Positions 61,341 to 64,000 of a stretch of DNA of 64,000 nucleotides are shown here, piece by piece. The notes under the pieces were generated by a model. It had not been told where the DNA came from and made no database searches. It saw only the letters and a list, made by a program, of their open reading frames with translations. The DNA comes from an uncultured Chloroflexia bacterium (GTDB taxonomy: Bacteria; Chloroflexota; Anaerolineae; JAAYZQ01), in assembly GCA_963700285.1 (NCBI GenBank), contig CAVOXA010000022.1:192001-256000 (forward strand), in the 5' to 3' direction. Positions within the stretch are counted from its first letter, which is position 1. Every line of letters starts with the position of its first letter. Position numbers and translations under genes: made by a program.

Positions 61341-61519
61341 CCGGGACGAAGCGGACAGTCACCCTTTGTCCTTCGCTCACACAGGGCCCGACCCAACTCA
61401 AACTGCCACCGAAAGATATGCACCGGCGCTGGCGACACCTGTTGTTCGCGGGCTGGATCTGTGGTAAAATACTGCGGCACAAAAAACATCTCCATTCAAA
61501 CCTCGAGAGGAATTGCCCA

Positions 61520-61855
61520 ATGAAGACACACGTGCTGTTCATCCTGGTCATCACATCCTTGCTGCTGGCTGCTTGCGGCGGGACGGCCCAGCCGCCGGCG
61601 ACGGTTGCCCCGGAGAACGTGATCCGGGCTACCTTTGTCTGCCCCGATGGAACCAGCATCGAGGCGGTCTTTGACAACGCTGCTGATACGGTCACCGTCA
61701 CCCTGCCCGACGGTACGCTGACCCTGCCCCACGTCGAGTCCGGATCCGGCGCCAGATACAGTGACGGCACCACAACCTTCTGGAACAAGGGCGACGAGGC
61801 CCTGGTCGAGGTGGACGGCCAGATCGTCTACGAAAGCTGTGTGACGCAGGACTGA
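61520..61855 (+). CDS. MliC-domain lipoprotein
   Basis: LLAAC lipobox; SGSGARY and FWNKGDEA MliC motifs. Confidence 0.9.
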   Translation: MKTHVLFILVITSLLLAACGGTAQPPATVAPENVIRATFVCPDGTSIEAVFDNAADTVTVTLPDGTLTLPHVESGSGARYSDGTTTFWNKGDEALVEVDGQIVYESCVTQD

Positions 61856-62041
61856 GGGGGTTGGGCCATCTGTGGGCATACGCGGACGCGCCATCGCGCT
61901 GGAGCTGCCCTTTTTGCCCTGCGGGCTGTGGCTGCTGTGCGGCCACCCGCGGGCGGCCGCGCCCGCTGGATATCCAGATAACGACAGATTCCCGTCAGGC
62001 GGATCCGGGCGAAAGCATGTAGACTGCTTGGCAGGAGAACC

Positions 62042-62160
62042 ACGAAATCACTCGTAGTCTATGACTCGCGCTTTGGCAACACAAAGATCATCGCCGAGGC
62101 CATCGGCGAGGCCCTTCCCTGTGAAGTGGAGGTCCTGTATGCGGCCGACGCACGCATCGG
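62042..62160 (+). pseudogene. Truncated flavodoxin remnant with an ACG in place of the start codon
   Basis: AGGAGA RBS then ACG-KSLVVYDSRFGNTKIIAEAIGEAL; similarity is lost after about 40 codons. Confidence 0.7.
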
Positions 62161-62377
62161 ATCCGTGACCCGATGCTGCATGCAAAGGCGGGAAGAACCG
62201 CCCGATCGCGGACCGATTGCCAAGGCCTACCGCGGGCTTGGCTTGCGGAGAACAACCAACATCCCTGCCTTGAAGCGCGACCAGCGCAGGAAGACGAGGG
62301 GGCTGAGTTAGCGTCTGAAGGAGAGATGGACGAAACCCATCGCCAGCAGCACGGGCATAACGTAGAAAGGCGTTACG

Positions 62378-63290
62378 GTGAGCGCACAGATCTTTTACTT
62401 TTCAGGGACAGGCAACTCGCTGCATGTGGCCAGGCTGCTGCAGGAGCGCCTGCCGGGGGCCGAGCTGATCCCCATCATTGCTCTGGCCGGTGATGGACCG
62501 GTAGTCGCCAGCTGGGGAAACGGTGGGCTTTGTATTCCCCCACTATGCTTCCAGTCTGCCCAAGGTGGTCAGCGATTTTATCGAGAGACTTGACCTGGCC
62601 GCGGCCCGGTACCTGTTCGCCATCGCCACCCGGAGCGGCACCCGGACGCTGGCCTTTGTGGAGATTGACAAAATCCTGAAAAAGAAGGGCCGGCGTCTGG
62701 ATTCCTTCTTTGTCCTCACCATGGGCTCCAGTACTGAACCGCTGCTCCAGCGCTATGCCAGCCGGATCACGGCGGAGCGTATCGGCAAGCTAGAAGCAGA
62801 CATGCTGGCCCGGCTGGACGCGATCCAAAAGACCATCGTGGCTCGGGAGGTCAACCGGGATGAGGATACGGGGGCCGCCAACGTGCCCGCTCCCTGGCTG
62901 GTTCCCTTCATGCCACTGCTCGAGGCCGTAGCCCCTCTGCTGTTGCCGCTGGGTAAGCTGGCCGAGTCCAGCTTTGAATTCTATGTCGATGACAGGTGCG
63001 TGGCTTGTGGGGTCTGCGAGCAGATCTGTCTTTCTGGCAAGGTCCGGCTGGTGGCTGGAGCGCCCGTATGGACGGAGGGGGTGGAATGCCACGGTTGCTT
63101 TGCCTGCCTGAACTTCTGCCCGGAAGAAGCGGTCCAGGTTGCATCCAGGTGGTATCTGAGATCGCATACGGAGACAAACGGACGCTACCACCATCCGCAG
63201 ATCACGGCCGGCGACATCGCGGCGCAGAAAACGGCGGATGGGTTGTTTTTGCCAGGAGCGCAGCGACAAAGCAATCTCCCTTTGACATAA
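62378..63290 (+). CDS. EFR1-type flavodoxin-fold + 4Fe-4S ferredoxin; frameshift near 62515
   Basis: IFYFSGTGNSL, GFVFP, CVACGVCEQIC, CHGCFACLNFCP, RYHHP. Confidence 0.88.
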
Positions 63291-63305
63291 GAAAAGGAGG
63301 ACAGG

Positions 63306-63827
63306 ATGGACGACAAAGTTCTGGTGGCCTATGGCACCAAGTATGGCGCTACGCAAGAGATAGCCGAAAAGATCGGCGAGGTGCTCCGCGGGGCAGGCTT
63401 GCAGGTGGACGTGCAGCCGGCAGACCGCGCCGGGGACCCGAGCCCGTACGGAGCGGTGATTCTGGGCAGCGCGGTCTATATCGGCCAGTGGCGCAAACCG
63501 GCGGTCAAGTACCTGCAGGCCAACGAGGAGGCGCTGACCGGCAAACCGGTCTGGCTCTTCTCCAGCGGGCCTACAGGCGAAGGGGACCCAGTCGAGCTGG
63601 CGCAGGGCTGGCGCTTTCCGGGCAAGCTGCAGCCCATCGCCGATCGCATCGGCGCCCGCGACATCGCCCTCTTTCACGGCTCGGCCGACGCGAGCAAGAT
63701 GAATTTCCTCGAAAAGTGGATGCTCAAGAACGTCAAAGCGCCCAGCGGCGACTACCGGGACTGGGCGGCCATCGCCGCCTGGGCCGAGGCCATCGCCGCT
63801 GAGCTGGGAGAAGGGGCTACGTCATAG
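63306..63827 (+). CDS. Flavodoxin-domain protein (Flavodoxin_5/HemG-like)
   Basis: LVAYGTKYGATQEIAE, GSAVYIGQW, WLFSSGP, GDYRDW. Confidence 0.92.
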   Translation: MDDKVLVAYGTKYGATQEIAEKIGEVLRGAGLQVDVQPADRAGDPSPYGAVILGSAVYIGQWRKPAVKYLQANEEALTGKPVWLFSSGPTGEGDPVELAQGWRFPGKLQPIADRIGARDIALFHGSADASKMNFLEKWMLKNVKAPSGDYRDWAAIAAWAEAIAAELGEGATS

Positions 63828-63847
63828 ACATAACCCCACTCCTTCGT

Positions 63848-64000
63848 TCAGGTTGAGATCTGGCTGATAACGTTGTGGATGCGGTCCAGACCGGCACGCA
63901 GGTGGTCAGGCTGCAAGCCGTACGAGATCCGGAGGTGATGGTCCAGGCCAAAGTGATCCCCGGGGATGATGAGCACACCCTGCTCCTCGCAGATTCGCTC
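63848..64000 (-). CDS. C-terminus of a class I/II PLP aminotransferase running off the window
   Basis: Manual translation ERICEEQGVLIIPGDHFGLDHHLRISYG...LRAGLDRI...*. Confidence 0.85.
   Translation of the reverse strand, partial: ERICEEQGVLIIPGDHFGLDHHLRISYGLQPDHLRAGLDRIHNVISQIST

Overview
GC-rich bacterial window, most likely Chloroflexota (Anaerolineae-like). This is inferred from the gene content and from the recurrent C-terminal [YFHW]LP[LIV] motif, not from a marker gene. Many genes carry single-base frameshifts that look like long-read indel errors. About half the window encodes large secreted modular proteins: ELWxxDGT and SBBP propellers, M12B and M23 peptidases, metallophosphoesterases, a beta-helix/LamG protein and InlB-B-repeat proteins. 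Twelve proteins end in the same short hydrophobic-Leu-Pro-hydrophobic tail, usually followed by a basic residue, which is a candidate sorting signal. Three loci stand out. (1) A REP-associated HUH tyrosine transposase (RAYT, 16154-16747) lies between a promoter-proximal 6x63-bp single-REP array and a ~2.4-kb array of 108-bp REP doublets. (2) A three-gene terminase operon (8280-10691) has its own promoter and no other phage genes. (3) A CHAT-STAND ATPase-TPR gene plus a cytoplasmic S8 protease gene (49067-54683) is bracketed by REPs of the same family. The rest is housekeeping or accessory genes, several gene remnants and several families of short palindromic repeats. No rRNA, tRNA or true CRISPR array was seen.
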